A stretch of DNA of 63,391 nucleotides, filler included, from Octopus bimaculoides (GCF_001194135.2; 6 parts of 6 records of this genome joined end to end with filler, not necessarily neighbours in it); one strand, 5' to 3'. Shown: positions 50,455 to 63,203, counted from the first letter of the whole stretch. The notes: generated by a model not told the origin, from the sequence alone. Numbers and translations: made by a program.

Positions 50455-53400
50455 TAGTTTAGTGGTGAAAAAACTGAAATGAAAAAGAACCTTTCTGCAA
50501 GAGAAAAAAGCGTTGCCTCCCGTTGTACGATTTCAGCTGTGACCGAAGTGAGTCAGCTGTGCCTGCGTACATATGTGTGTGTGTGTGTGTATGTGTGTGT
50601 ATGAAATGCACACATACACACACACGTACGCACACGTGTACACACACAGAGGCACACACACACATACACGCACGAACACGTGCACACATACACAAGCACA
50701 CACCTACACAAACATACACATATTGGTCAGTTGTCCATAATACAGAAAAAGCACACGAATAGAAATTTTGAGTAGTTATACCTTTAAGTATGCGAGTAGT
50801 ATATCCTTGGTTATGACATATAACTGGTCAGAAAGTTATCATTAGTTTCGCGTCTACTATTGCCATGGGCAATATAGACATGCTGACCGAAAGCACATTG
50901 CCTGTTTACTGATGGAAGCAAAATATACAGTCTTAGTCAGTTTAGTGGTGTAAAAACCGAAATGAAAAGAACCTTTCTGAGAGAGAAAAAGAGTTGTCTC
51001 CCGTTGTACGATTTCAGCTGTGGCCGAAGTGGGTGAGATGTGCCTGCATAGATTTTTTTTCCGTTCGGCAAACAGGGAAGACCACATTTCCAAAATGAAT
51101 TTTCTGTCATGAGGGCAGTGGTTAAAAATCTCACTTTTTGAATTCAAGAAGGCTCCTTGATCGTGCGAATTTTTTGGGATCACTGTCATCTCGGCTAAGA
51201 AAACTTCCATTGTCTGCTTTCGTTATGATATGGTTGCGATTGTTCAAACAGCTTCCGGTTAAATTTATATGATATTTCCTTCTCTTTTAATCGCCATATA
51301 TAGCTTGGTAATGTTGTAACTATTTTAGGATCCTCTCCAGGATCCTAACAGAAGACTTGTAGTTATTTAGCCTGACCTACTTATTTTCTTGATTACAGAG
51401 TAAATGACAGTAGGCCAGGCTGCGCGCATATATGTAGTCACGAAAGCACTTATTTTATATTCCCTTTGCGGACATGGAATTATACGATCTTGGTTACCAA
51501 AAATGTACCGACGCCGTCAGACGCCGTCAGACAAACACTATATTAGGATATTCCTCGGAAAGATCATCAAGATAATAAGGTATGTGAGATGGAAAGCCTA
51601 CTTCTTCGACCAAGCAACTCCACCCTCGTTATCCAATATTTACAACACCAAATGTAGAAGGTTCCCATTCAGAATCAAAGAACGAAAGGCCATTGTAGCA
51701 GACCTACTGGGCATCACCCTCAAACTGAAATTCTGTAAGCTCTTTAACCCTTTTCAACGGAAGCTTACTTCAGATACACGCCTCCTTAAACATTTAAATA
51801 AGACTTTACTTTTCTCTGATAAAACGAAAACAGAACAAAACTAAATAAAATAGTTATCGACACTTATGCTGGGTTCTTAAAGAATAGCATCGTACAAAAC
51901 TATAGGTAGGCTTTCCTTCATACAGACGGAAGCATAAACAACGAGCCCAAAGAGTTAGCTAGCGCTCTAGGTATAACTGACAGAGTGGAAATCTTAGCTG
52001 AGAGGAATGCCTTTAATTATGATCAAGAATCATCAGCTGAACGTCGCCTCCAACGCTATGGTCGCTTGATTAACTCAGCTAAATCGGAATTCGGGCTGGC
52101 GATTCAACATGTTTTGAGGAAGATAAACGACGCCATAAGGAAAGAATGAGGTCTCTCCTTAAGGTATGATACCAATGAAGTAATTTCATGGTTTAAGGTA
52201 AACCAGAGTTAAGCAGAGCAAAGTTCATCCAATTTGATATAGTGGGCTTTTATCCATGTATATCGAAAGGATTACTAGAAAGGGCGCTTAAATTTGCTAT
52301 GGAGTTTACTGTTGTTAGTGAGCGGGATATAGAAGGATTAATGCCCGCCAGAAAAACCCCACAGTTCGACAAAGGTTTGGTATGGGTCAAACAAAGTGAC
52401 CCCAAAATTTCTTATCTAGTTCCTCAAAATTACTCTAAAAAAAAAAAGGTTTAGAAAGGCATGACATAAGGTCATGAAGGATGAACAATGCAAAATAGCA
52501 TTGCCAGAATGAGGGACAAGGTCTCGTGCGGCAAACTAAGGGTTACTGAATAATTTCCTCCAAATCAGGGATTTTATAATTGCCGTAAACCCGATTCTAA
52601 GAACATTTCTTCACAGAAAAGAAACTTTTCACGAAGATTAGAATCGACGTATGGACAGTAAAATTGACCAATGAAAAAGCATAAGACATTTATAAACTCG
52701 ACTATGACGTCATGCTGCTGCTAAAGTTTTAACCATTAAAAGACTACAGTAAAACTAATGAAAGACTATCGTATATGAACACAGCCTCCTACCATCTGTC
52801 TGTATTGTTTCAAAACCTTACGAAGGATGTCAGTAAGAGGATTTCGAAACTATCATCGAATAAATACGTTTTTAATGCAGCGGCCCCTATTACAACGAAG
52901 CTCTAGCAGCCAGCGGGTTTAAGGACTGCATTACCTATACAAACCTAGCCCCCACAAAAGAAAACACCTAATTTGCTCCACATCTTCACTCAACATCAAA
53001 ACACAGATCCATAACTACAGATTATTTAATAGACATAACTTAAGGATCTAGTTCAACTTCGTGCCTACTGTACAAAAGATATTAATGAACGTTCCCAAGT
53101 TCCCAAGTTGAGGTGGTGTCCAACAGTAGCAGAAGCAATAGTAACAGCAACGAAAGAACAGACACACATTAATAGGCTGAAACAACGAGGGACCCTTTTA
53201 AGGCCATGATAAATAACTGCAGGTTCTCTGTTAGGACCCCAGAGAGGATCCTAAAAGAGTTACAACATTAGTCAGCTGTATATGGAGATTAAAAGAGGAA
53301 GGATTGCCATATAAAATTGATTGGAAGTTGCTTGAGCCACCTCGATCATATCACAAGGGAAGTAGACAATGCAAATTTTGTTAGCCGAATTGGCAATGAT

Positions 53401-53760
53401 CCTAAAATGTTTGCAGGACCCAGGCACCTTCTTGAATTAAAAAAGTGAAATTTTTAGCCATTATCTTCAGCAGAGAAAATTCATTTTGGAAATGTGGTCT
53501 TACCCGTTTTCCAACAAGAGAACGGAAAAGGCACAGCTGACCCACTTCGGTGACAGCTGGAATCATACAATGGGAGGCAACTCTTCTTTCCCTCTCAGAA
53601 AGAGTTTCTTCGTTTCCGTTTTTCCACCACCAAACTGACCAAGACTATATTTACCTCTTTCAGGAAAGAAGTTACGTGTTTTCGGCCAGAATATCTGATG
53701 ATTCGCCTGTTTGCCCTGGACAAAAGTAGACGCGAAACCAATGGTGACTTTCTGACCTTT
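50455..53760 (+). mobile_element. Decayed Penelope-like retroelement (RT plus GIY-YIG) with upstream inverted partial terminal repeats
   Basis: Plus-strand remnants IIKIIRYVRWKAYFF, NKTLLFSDKT and RT/GIY-YIG-like pieces span about 51500-53500. The stretch ~50815-51390 is a reverse-complement copy of ~53200-53760. The stretch 50455-50570 is a second partial minus-strand copy of the same repeat. Confidence 0.75.
53683..53757 (+). ncRNA. Degenerate hammerhead motif in a Penelope-like terminal repeat
   Basis: CTGATGA at 53695-53701 and GAAAC at 53734-53738, with a long imperfect stem II ending TAGACGC. Distal stem I is ggccagaa/ttctgacc. Position 17 is G, so it is probably inactive. It lies just 3' of the PLE GIY-YIG coding remnant. 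Confidence 0.55.
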
Positions 53761-54109
53761 CTGACCAAGGATGATATACTACTCGAATTCATACATACAC
53801 ACAGATATATAGTTATGTTTGTTATATGTATGTATGTATCAATCAGTTTCATTTCTGTATGTCTTATCCATAGAGAAAGAGCCGGACTCTGACATAGATT
53901 CAAGGCTCCTTCATTGGAACTTTTATCAACATCATCTAGGTATTTGTGCATATGTGTGTGTGTGTGTGTGTGCAGTATTTGGTGTTAGTGTATGCGCAGA
54001 TTTGTATGTTTGTTTTATGGATGCGTTTTTATGTCTAGATGCATGCATATGTATTTATGTGCTAAATTTTTGGAAAGTTTTACATATCTTTACAGTTCCA
54101 TTGATGGCT

Positions 54110-54490
54110 TGAACCTGTAGTCTTCTAATTAGCCTTTTTCTTTCATTTCAGGTTTTGAGAACCCTAATTTTTCCAGGTTTTTGTTGAGGCAGTTCGTTAC
54201 ATATCCCAATGCCCCAACAATCACGGGTATGAATCTGAACTTGTAGTCTGGGTGGAGTATCTGTAAATTTCTCAGTATCTCGGCGTAGTTGTTCTCTTTT
54301 TCTCTAATCTTTAGTGGGATGTTGACATCCGCAGGACAGCTGATTTCTACTACTGTACAGAGTTTCTCTTCTCTGTCCCAGATTACTATATCCGGTCTAT
54401 TATGTCTGCACTTTATTGAGGTTTTTATTGGGACATTCCACCAATACTCTTTCATATTGTGAGTGGTAATGGCCTCTACCTCATTATGNN
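54110..54490 (-). mobile_element. RLE-domain 3' fragment of the same LINE family as 9340-11060
   Basis: Translation HNRPDIVIWDREEKLCTVVEISCPADVN..KENNYAE..FIPVIVGALGYV, nearly colinear with 9355-9700. Confidence 0.8.
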
Positions 54491-54599
54491 NNNNNNNNNN
54501 NNNNNNNNNNNNNNNNNNNNNNNNNNNNNNNNTTAATTAATTAANNNNNNNNNNNNNNNNNNNNNNNNNNNNNNNNNNNNNNNNNNNNAGATATGCCAT

Positions 54600-54940
54600 A
54601 ATATACATCTGGAAGATCCTCGAAGAAATTGTCCCAAAATTTGGCATCGAAAGTTACACAAATAAAGGAACTGGACTCCATTGCATAGTGCCAAGGACTC
54701 CAAATTTGCCATCAATATGTAGGACAAGATACTGCAATAGCCTGGGCTTCAGAGGTCCACAGCTCTTCAATATCCTCCCCAAGGACCTGAGAGATCTGCA
54801 TGCGGTGGATGTAGGTGTCTTCAAGATTAGGCTGGACCTCTTCCTGTCAGGTGTCCCAGATGAACCAACTTCACGACAGGAGGTGCAGATGAGAGCAGCT
54901 GCATCAAACTCTCTCATGCACCAAATGTCAATTCCTGAAG
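54600..54940 (+). mobile_element. 3' end of a CR1/Jockey-group LINE
   Basis: Translation YCNSLGFRGPQLFNILPKDLRDL..FKIRLDLFLSGVPDEP, a typical post-RT C-terminus. Confidence 0.6.
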
Positions 54941-55746
54941 TAAAATACATATATATATCAAAGATATTAAATGAACTTGTTTTTAATATGGGTCACAACA
55001 GGCAGCCAAAATCAGCCCTACTAATTATTCAACATACATTTAACCAAATTTCCACAAGACTAAGACCATTAGATAGTGCAGACTCTATATATATGTGCAT
55101 TCAAATGTAGCAGGNNNNNNNNNNNNNNNNNNNNNNNNNNNNNNNNNNNNNNNNNNNNNNNNNNNNNNNNNNNNNNNNNNNNNNNNNNNNNNNNNNNNNN
55201 NNNNNNNNNNNNNNNNNNNNNNNNNNNNNNNNNNNNNNNNNNNNNNNNNNNNNNNNNNNNNNNNNNNNNNNNNNNNNNNNNNNNNNNNNNNNNNNNNNNN
55301 NNNNNNNNNNNNNNNNNNNNNNNNNNNNNNNNNNNNNNNNNNNNNNNNNNNNNNNNNNNNNNNNNNNNNNNNNNNNNNNNNNNNNNNNNNNNNNNNNNNN
55401 NNNNNNNNNNNNNNNNNNNNNNNNNNNNNNNNNNNNNNNNNNNNNNNNNNNNNNNNNNNNNNNNNNNNNNNNNNNNNNNNNNNNNNNNNNNNNNNNNNNN
55501 NNNNATATATATACATATATATACATATATATACATATATATATCAAAGATATTAAATGAACTTGTTTTTAATATGGGTCACAACAGGCAGCCAAAATCA
55601 GCCCTACTAATTATTCAACATACATTTAACCAAATTTCCACAAGACTAAGACCATTAGATAGTGCAGACTCTATATATATGTGCATTCAAATGTAGCAGG
55701 GACCAACTAGCCTTCGGCCGCCGTTTCTATCCCATTGTGTCCACTA

Positions 55747-55886
55747 CTCTGATTGGTTAGTATTGGCACAATTTGTCTCCTCCTCTGTTGTGCCAACTGA
55801 CTGCAGACAGCCAATCAGAGACTTTAGATAGCATCACGCGAACAACCTTTTCTGAACCCTTTTCGAGCCTACTGCTCCCTATAAAA
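55747..55886 (+). promoter_or_regulatory. Candidate Pol II promoter or LTR U3: inverted CCAAT pair plus TATAAAA
   Basis: ctctgattgg (55747-56) and ccaatcagag (55811-20) flank ttggcacaa/ttgtgccaa. TATAAAA is at 55880-55886. Confidence 0.35.
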
Positions 55887-58800
55887 ATCCAGCTCTATTC
55901 CTCATTATATTCTTTGGTTCTAGATCTTTTAAGGTCTAGCCACTGACCGCACAAGACACAGCCAGTTCCAGTGACAACACCACAGCAGCCATATTCAGCG
56001 TTACAGCCACGACTTCACATACGTCACGTACCTGCAACTGGTTCCGCATCCTGGCCGCGACTCCTTGATACAGTATTTCAACTGCTGTACACAATTGACT
56101 ACGAACTGGTATTCTCATTCTTGTGTCTATGAACTTTTCACTCCTTCCTCATTACCCTTCTTACATGTACTTAACACGCGCATACATCTATGCTTACACA
56201 CTCACATACATTTTGTTCTCATGATAGCCTGTTTATTATTCTGTATACGTGATGCACACGCAGACACACATGCTAACATAATCATTAAATCTTCCCTTAA
56301 ACATTCTACGCAGTTGTGTCTCTCTTTTACCCTCTGGCACTTATATATGTATTATTCAATTTATATTTTTAGTAAGGGCTGTGTCATATACTAAGGAGCC
56401 ATTCTTATCACTTCACATTGCATGCTCTTTACACCTCTACAACTTCAGTAGCATTAGAGTAAGACCTCTACAACTCTAGAGAGATACTTATTTTCCTGCT
56501 GTCTTTCAATGACAAGGATTGTAAATAATAGCATAATAGATCATTCCTCTCATAATAGATCATTCATATCACAATAATTCATGTTAGATGTTACTTTTGT
56601 ATTGCTACACATGTAGAAACTAAAACTTCATCCCAAACAAAGTAAATAATTATGTTATATGGTAGCATTTCATAGTATATAAACTTATTGCAAAGATTTT
56701 CAAATTCACTTACTAAACAAAAACAAGTAAAAAAAAGGGTTGGATGGTCTGACATAGAGCTGACCAGCTGAGAGCTGTCCAGACTCCAATTGTCTGTTCT
56801 GGCATGGTTTCTATGGCTGGACGCTCTTCACTTAACAGTCTTCTCAAGAAAATTAAACTAATCAATGTTTCTAGATCTTCTAAAGTTGAAACCACATATA
56901 TTCCTTATGTCTTGTCCAAGCAAAAGAAGTTATATTATGCACTTAACAAAGGCGGTGCGCTTAACAAATTGTTTCCACGTCAGGTAAAATGTTTAGCTGC
57001 ATTTCATTTGTCATTACGTTATGAGTTCAAATTCCACAGAGGTTGACTTTGTCTTTCATTCTTTCAGGCTCAAGGAAATAAGAACCAGTTGAACATTGGG
57101 ATCACTGTAATTGATTTACCCTGTCCTCCTAAATTGCTGGCCTTGTGCCGAAATTTGAAACCAATATTATGCACTTGACAATGCAACTTGATTGGTTATA
57201 CATTATATCCTTGGAATGAATTTGAAAGACAATCTGAATCATTAATTGTAGAATGCCTTGAGTTGTTCTCTGCAAAGGGATCACTGAAATATGATCAAAT
57301 ATCATAAAAAAGGAAGAATTTCTAAAATTCATGAGTTTCTAGTGAAATATGGGAATGCATGAAATTCCCACAAAAATGCTATAATTCAAGAAGTTTGACA
57401 ATCCTGGCTTACAGATAAAATAATCAACAAACATATTATACAGCATATGCACATATAAATCAAACTTTAACATGTAATATTCATAGAAATGTCATTTATA
57501 ATAAGGTACAACATTGGGTAGGTGTCAGTCTGTTTACATTCTCCTCTCACCCTGCTCATTGCTATTCAGCCTCTCTCTCTCTAAGTCATTCTGTTTGTAC
57601 TTTCATTCCTCCCTTCCCCCCTTTGTGTATCATTCAGTCTATAGTTTTCCATCTTTGTCTCCTTTTCTCCCACCAACTCTTTTTCCCACGGCTAAATACG
57701 TCATTTATATAAAATATAAGTAAAATAAAAATACATGTTTGAATTAATTACAATATATAACGTCCAGGTCACTGCCAAGGGCATATTCATGACTCCTGCT
57801 CTTTTGTCATTTGTTAATTGATATGAACGTATTCACATTTACACACATCCTATGTGTGTGCGTGTGTGTGTATTAAAATCTATGAGGATTACTTAATAGA
57901 GTTTTTGAAGTGTAAAGGTGATTTAAAAAAAAAATTATTTCAAAAAATGTTATGAAATTTTTTATGAGGATGTTACTAACCTTTTTTGGGAAGAAATTTT
58001 TTTCTGGTGTGTAAGCACTTTTCAGGAAGGCCACTTTTTCTCATGCCAAATAAACACATGCATTATATATTCGTTCTTCACTCATTTATTATTGCTCTTA
58101 TTTTGTTTTATGTCCATTGTCAGGCAATCTTTCGTCACACACCTGTGATCTTTTCCATCCCATGTGTCTTCTCCTGTTCTGTTTAGTCCATAGGCTCATA
58201 AAGCCAGTTTCCAAGATTCTGTGGCACACACACACACACATTAATCTAAGCCTGAAAGAGATGGGGTTTCTGTTAGAGGCCTGCAAAACTTGAAGTTGGT
58301 GGGAGAAAAGGAGACAAAGATGGAAAAGGAGACAAAGATGGAAAAGGAGACAAAGATGGAAAACTATAGACTGAATGATACACAAAGGGGGGAAGGGAGG
58401 AATGAAAGTACAAACAGAATGACTTAGAGAGAGAGAGGCTGCTAAATAGCAATGATTTATTTGGCGGTTCAATTATAGCTGAATTACCCAGTAATACTCA
58501 GAAAAGCAGGGGTTATTTCTAGTTCCCATTACCATTACAGTTTCATGTCCCATCCCATTTCCTGTTTTAGTTCTGTTCTCATTCCTATCCCCATTCATCA
58601 TCATCATCATCATCATCGTTTAACGTCCGCTTTCCATGCTAGCATGGGTTGGACGATTTGACTGAGGACTGGTGAAACCGGATGGCAACACCAGGCTCCA
58701 GTCTGATTTGGCAGAGTTTCTACAGCTGGATGCCCTTCCTAACGCCAACCACTCAGAGAGTGTAGTGGGTGCTTTTACGTGTCNNNNNNNNNNNNNNNNN

Positions 58801-59124
58801 NNNNNNNNNNNNNNNNNNNNNNNNNNNTTAATTAATTAANNNNNNNNNNNNNNNNNNNNNNNNNNNNNNNNNNNNNNNNNNNNCCCCCTCTCTCTCTCTC
58901 TCTCTCTCTTTCGCTTTCTCTGTATATTTCTGACTATAAGATGTCCGTTCACCTTTTCACCCTCTTCCACACACAAACACCCATTCAAAGATACAGAGAG
59001 GTGAGTGTTACGGACTAATGATGCCATCCAGGCGATATCGATGATTCAATGAAGCATGAAGCCCACTGACTTCCACTCACCTGTATCTCTACAGCGTATA
59101 GAAATAACCAAATACTTACATATC

Positions 59125-59162
<38 letters not shown>

Positions 59163-59317
59163 CATATATATACATATATATACATACATATATATAAATG
59201 CACATAGGCATTTATGCATATATATACGTATATGCATACATATGCATACAAATGTATATTTATATATATATGTATACATATTGCATTTATTCATGTATAT
59301 ATGTGTGTGTGTATGTG

Positions 59318-59351
<34 letters not shown>

Positions 59352-60287
59352 GATCTCCCTTTCGCTCTGTCTAAATATGTCTATAAATATATTTGCTCAT
59401 TTGCACATACGTATATACATACTTACGTATGTGCATATATATATNNNNNNNNNNNNNNNNNNNNNNNNNNNNNNNNNNNNNNNNNNNNNNNNNNNNNNNN
59501 NNNNNNNNNNNNNNNNNNNNNNNNNNNNNNNNNNNNNNNNNNNNNNNNNNNNNNNNNNNNNNNNNNNNNNNNNNNNNNNNNNNNNNNNNNNNNNNNNNNN
59601 NNNNNNNNNNNNNNNNNNNNNNNNNNNNNNNNNNNNNNNNNNNNNNNNNNNNNNNNNNNNNNNNNNNNNNNNNNNNNNNNNNNNNNNNNNNNNNNNNNNN
59701 NNNNNNNNNNNNNNNNNNNNNNNNNNNNNNNNNNNNNNNNNNNNNNNNNNNNNNNNNNNNNNNNNNNNNNNNNNNNNNNNNNNNNNNNNNNNNNNNNNNN
59801 NNNNNNNNNNNNNNNNNNNNNNNNNNNNNNNNNNNNNNNNNNNNNNNNNNNNNNNNNNNNNNNNNNNNNNNNNNNNNNNNNNNNNNNNNNNNNNNNNNNN
59901 NNNNNNNNNNNNNNNNNNNNNNNNNNNNNNNNNNNNNNNNNNNNNNNNNNNNNNNNNNNNNNNNNNNNNNNNNNNNNNNNNNNNNNNNNNNNNNNNNNNN
60001 NNNNNNNNNNNNNNNNNNNNNNNNNNNNNNNNNNNNNNNNNNNNNNNNNNNNNNNNNNNNNNNNNNNNNNNNNNNNNNNNNNNNNNNNNNNNNNNNNNNN
60101 NNNNNNNNNNNNNNNNNNNNNNNATATATATGGGAGAATTTACGAAAAAAAACAACAACAGACGAGGACAGGTGGTGTAAACAGCAAAAGGATGTATTAG
60201 TTTAACGCTCGGGAATACAGAAAGTCTTTTACGTTCCGAGCTACGCTCTTCAACTATATATATATAGTATGTGCGCATGTAGGCATT

Positions 60288-60325
<38 letters not shown>

Positions 60326-60784
60326 TATATGTACGTACATATATATTACTCTGTTTCTCTCATAGACATACAATTATACGTATATACATACACATATGCA
60401 TATATATTACACGCACGCACACACATATATGTGTAAACATGTATGCATATGTATTTATCCATATATACATGTCTATGTATATACATATATACCTACATAC
60501 ATGCATGCATATATACATGCACACATATATACATACATGCACACATACATTCATATATATACATATATATATATATGCTACATATATTCATTCCGTAATT
60601 AGATCCATATTTACTCTACGTGGTATTTTATAATTAGTTTTACCGCTGTATTTTAACCAAACGTGCACAAAAAGTATTCATAAAATTAATAAATATTCGA
60701 TGATACGATAGAAATCTAAACTGTGAAGGAATAGACGCAAAGATTTAACATAATTGAAACTTTTTGATCTTACCTTGTATTAAC

Positions 60785-60841
60785 TCTTCCACTACAAAAG
60801 ATACTGTTTCGAGAGCTATGTCTCTCATCAGGCGGTGAAGA
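60785..60841 (-). ncRNA. Type I hammerhead ribozyme, core intact
   Basis: Minus strand reads TCTT-CA-CCGC-CTGATGA-GAGA-CATAGC-TCTC-GAAA-CAG-TATCTT-TTG-TA^GTGG-AAGA. All conserved core nucleotides are present. Stem I is CCGC/GTGG plus TCTT/AAGA, stem II is GAGA/TCTC and stem III is ACAG/TTGT. The GUA cleavage triplet ends at 60793. Confidence 0.8.
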
Positions 60842-61126
60842 AAGACTGAATACCTCTGTAGCGGGCAAACACTACGTTTTTTTAAAAAGTATAATATTGA
60901 TCACACGATACTGTCTTCCGAAGGAAAAACCTACCTCAATGTACTCAAAAGAAAGTCAATGTTCTACAAATACATACATGTACATAAATGTGTATATATG
61001 TATGTATATGTATGCCTGGGAATATACATGTAAAGCATAGAAATATATGTTGTGTATGTATATATATATGTTTCTATGTATGTATGTGTGAGTGTGTGGT
61101 TTATGTGTATGCATATACACACTCGC

Positions 61127-61175
<49 letters not shown>

Positions 61176-61971
61176 NNNNNNNNNNNNNNNNNNNNNNNNN
61201 NNNNNNNNNNNNNNNNNNNTTAATTAATTAANNNNNNNNNNNNNNNNNNNNNNNNNNNNNNNNNNNNNNNNNNNNTGACAACCGATGCTGGTGTGTTTAC
61301 GTCCCAGTAACTTAGCGGTTCGGTAAAAAGTAACCGATAGAGTAAGTACTAGGCTTCCAAAGAATAAGTCCTGGGGTCGATTTTCTCGACTAAAGGCGGT
61401 GCTCCAGCATGGCCGCAGTCAAATGACTGAAACAAGTAAAAGAGTAAAAGAATATATACATATCTAAAAGATAAAGCACATTGCTGTCTGAAATATGAGC
61501 ACATGCATGTCGAAAATACAAGAAAGACTTTTTCTAAAATAAATGTTCGTAGACGTTTAGAATATAGGAGTGGCTGTGTGGTAAGTAGCTTGCTTACGAA
61601 CCACATGATTCCGGGTTCAGTCCCACTGCGTGGCACCTTGGGCAAGTGTCTTCTACTATAGCCTCGGGCCGACCAAAGCCTTGTGAGTGGATTTGGTAGA
61701 CGGAAACTGAAAGAAGCCAGTCGGAAAATACCGAAAGTGACGTCAGTCTGAAGAATTCTCCGTCGGTATTTTTCGGACAATAAAGGACCTTGTTAGTGTA
61801 TATGTTTTCATTCGTGTGCGTTAACTACAGCATTGGAGCATTTTAGCTCTTATTTCTTGCAATGTAGGTGTTTTTTAACACTTTAGTTACATTTAGTGAC
61901 AATTATAATTCTCCTGTTTCGTGAAACATTGCAACCCGTTGTTTATATTATATATATATTTATATATATAT

Positions 61972-62305
61972 CGTAACATATAGTTGCCAACTAAGTGTTG
62001 CGTCCTATACGGAACAGTGCTACAGGCGTTTATAGCCCCAGAAAGACATCTCTTGTGTCCGATTAATATTTGCGAGGGGAGGGTCATCGCTCCCATCCTT
62101 AGCCTTACGTGATACACACGGACTCGAGTTTCTGGGTGATTACCCGTCCAGGCTAGGGATGTGAGTGATGACCTCCCCTCGCAAATACTAATCAGACACA
62201 GAATGTGTCGTTAGCCAGCTGGAAGAGATGTCTTCCTGGGCCTATAAACGCCAGTAGCACTGTCCCGTGTAGGACGCCACTCTTGGTTGGCAATTATACG
62301 TTACA
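61972..62305. mobile_element. Fold-back (MITE-like) element that is almost entirely palindromic
   Basis: Arms of ~140 bp (cgtaacatatagttgccaac..atccttagcct / aggctagggatg..gttggcaattatacgttaca) around a ~45-bp spacer, with an extra ~20-nt insert in the right arm. AT dinucleotide on both flanks. Confidence 0.75.
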
Positions 62306-63203
62306 ATTCCGTATTGCTACTGTTTACATCTCGCTCTGAGATTTAATATAACTATATATATATATATAAACGACGGGCTTCCTTCAGTTTCCGTGTATCA
62401 AATATACTCGCAATGTTTTGGTCGGCACGAGGCTATAGTAAAAGGCACTTGCTCAAGGTGCCACGCGCTGGAACTGAACTCGGAATTATGTGGTTGGGAA
62501 GCAAACTTTTTACCACAGAGCCAGGCCTGCGCCTATTTTCGAGATATTCTAAAATGGTTTTACGCATACTTAACCCACCGTGATTATTTCCCACGTAATT
62601 TCATCGTAGCGCACAACATAAAGGCAGAGGCCCATTCAGATTGCTCTCAAAGCACATCATTCGTTTATTCGAAGTTCCAATATCATACAAATAAAGCAAC
62701 ACTGTGGCTGAAATTATTTCTATAAATCTCGTTAATTGTTATTCACCACCACAAAACTGATTTCAAGTTTTTCTTATATATTGAAAAATAGTTCGCATTC
62801 TTTCATTAAACATCTTCCTCATACATACACACATACAAATATACATGCACACACACACATAATCAGAATGCACTTTCTAAAATCCAAAGGTAATTAGCTT
62901 TCGATATCTAATATCGTAAAGCTTAACAATTTATTGAATTTTAAACATCTTTCATTTCATATCCATCCCGCATGCATTAGATGAATTTCTGTATTTTATT
63001 CAAAACACCAACTTATTGCCCTTTATAAGTTAACATAATTTAATATTCATATATGATATAAAAATATATAAATATTAATATAGTTTTTAGAAAGTTAAAA
63101 GTTATGGCCGGTCATAGATTGATCCTGCTCTAATACTTTAGAGTACGCTTCTTTTCGGATATATAAACTACAGACGATAGATATTAACATATATATCTAT
63201 ATA

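Noticed and set aside
56804-57046. Plus-strand ORF MVSMAGRSSLNSLLKKIK with a possible donor
   Set aside because: No recognisable host protein. At most it weakly resembles a frameshifted Tc1-like N-terminus, which is too little to call.
883-60278. Long ORFs full of X in the ORF track
   Set aside because: They only span N gaps, where no stop can be read, so they are not coding evidence.
21010-61227. ORFs rich in YI, HT, CV, poly-L or poly-V
   Set aside because: These are translations of (AT)n, (AC)n, (ATAC)n, (ATT)n and (TAG)n microsatellites.
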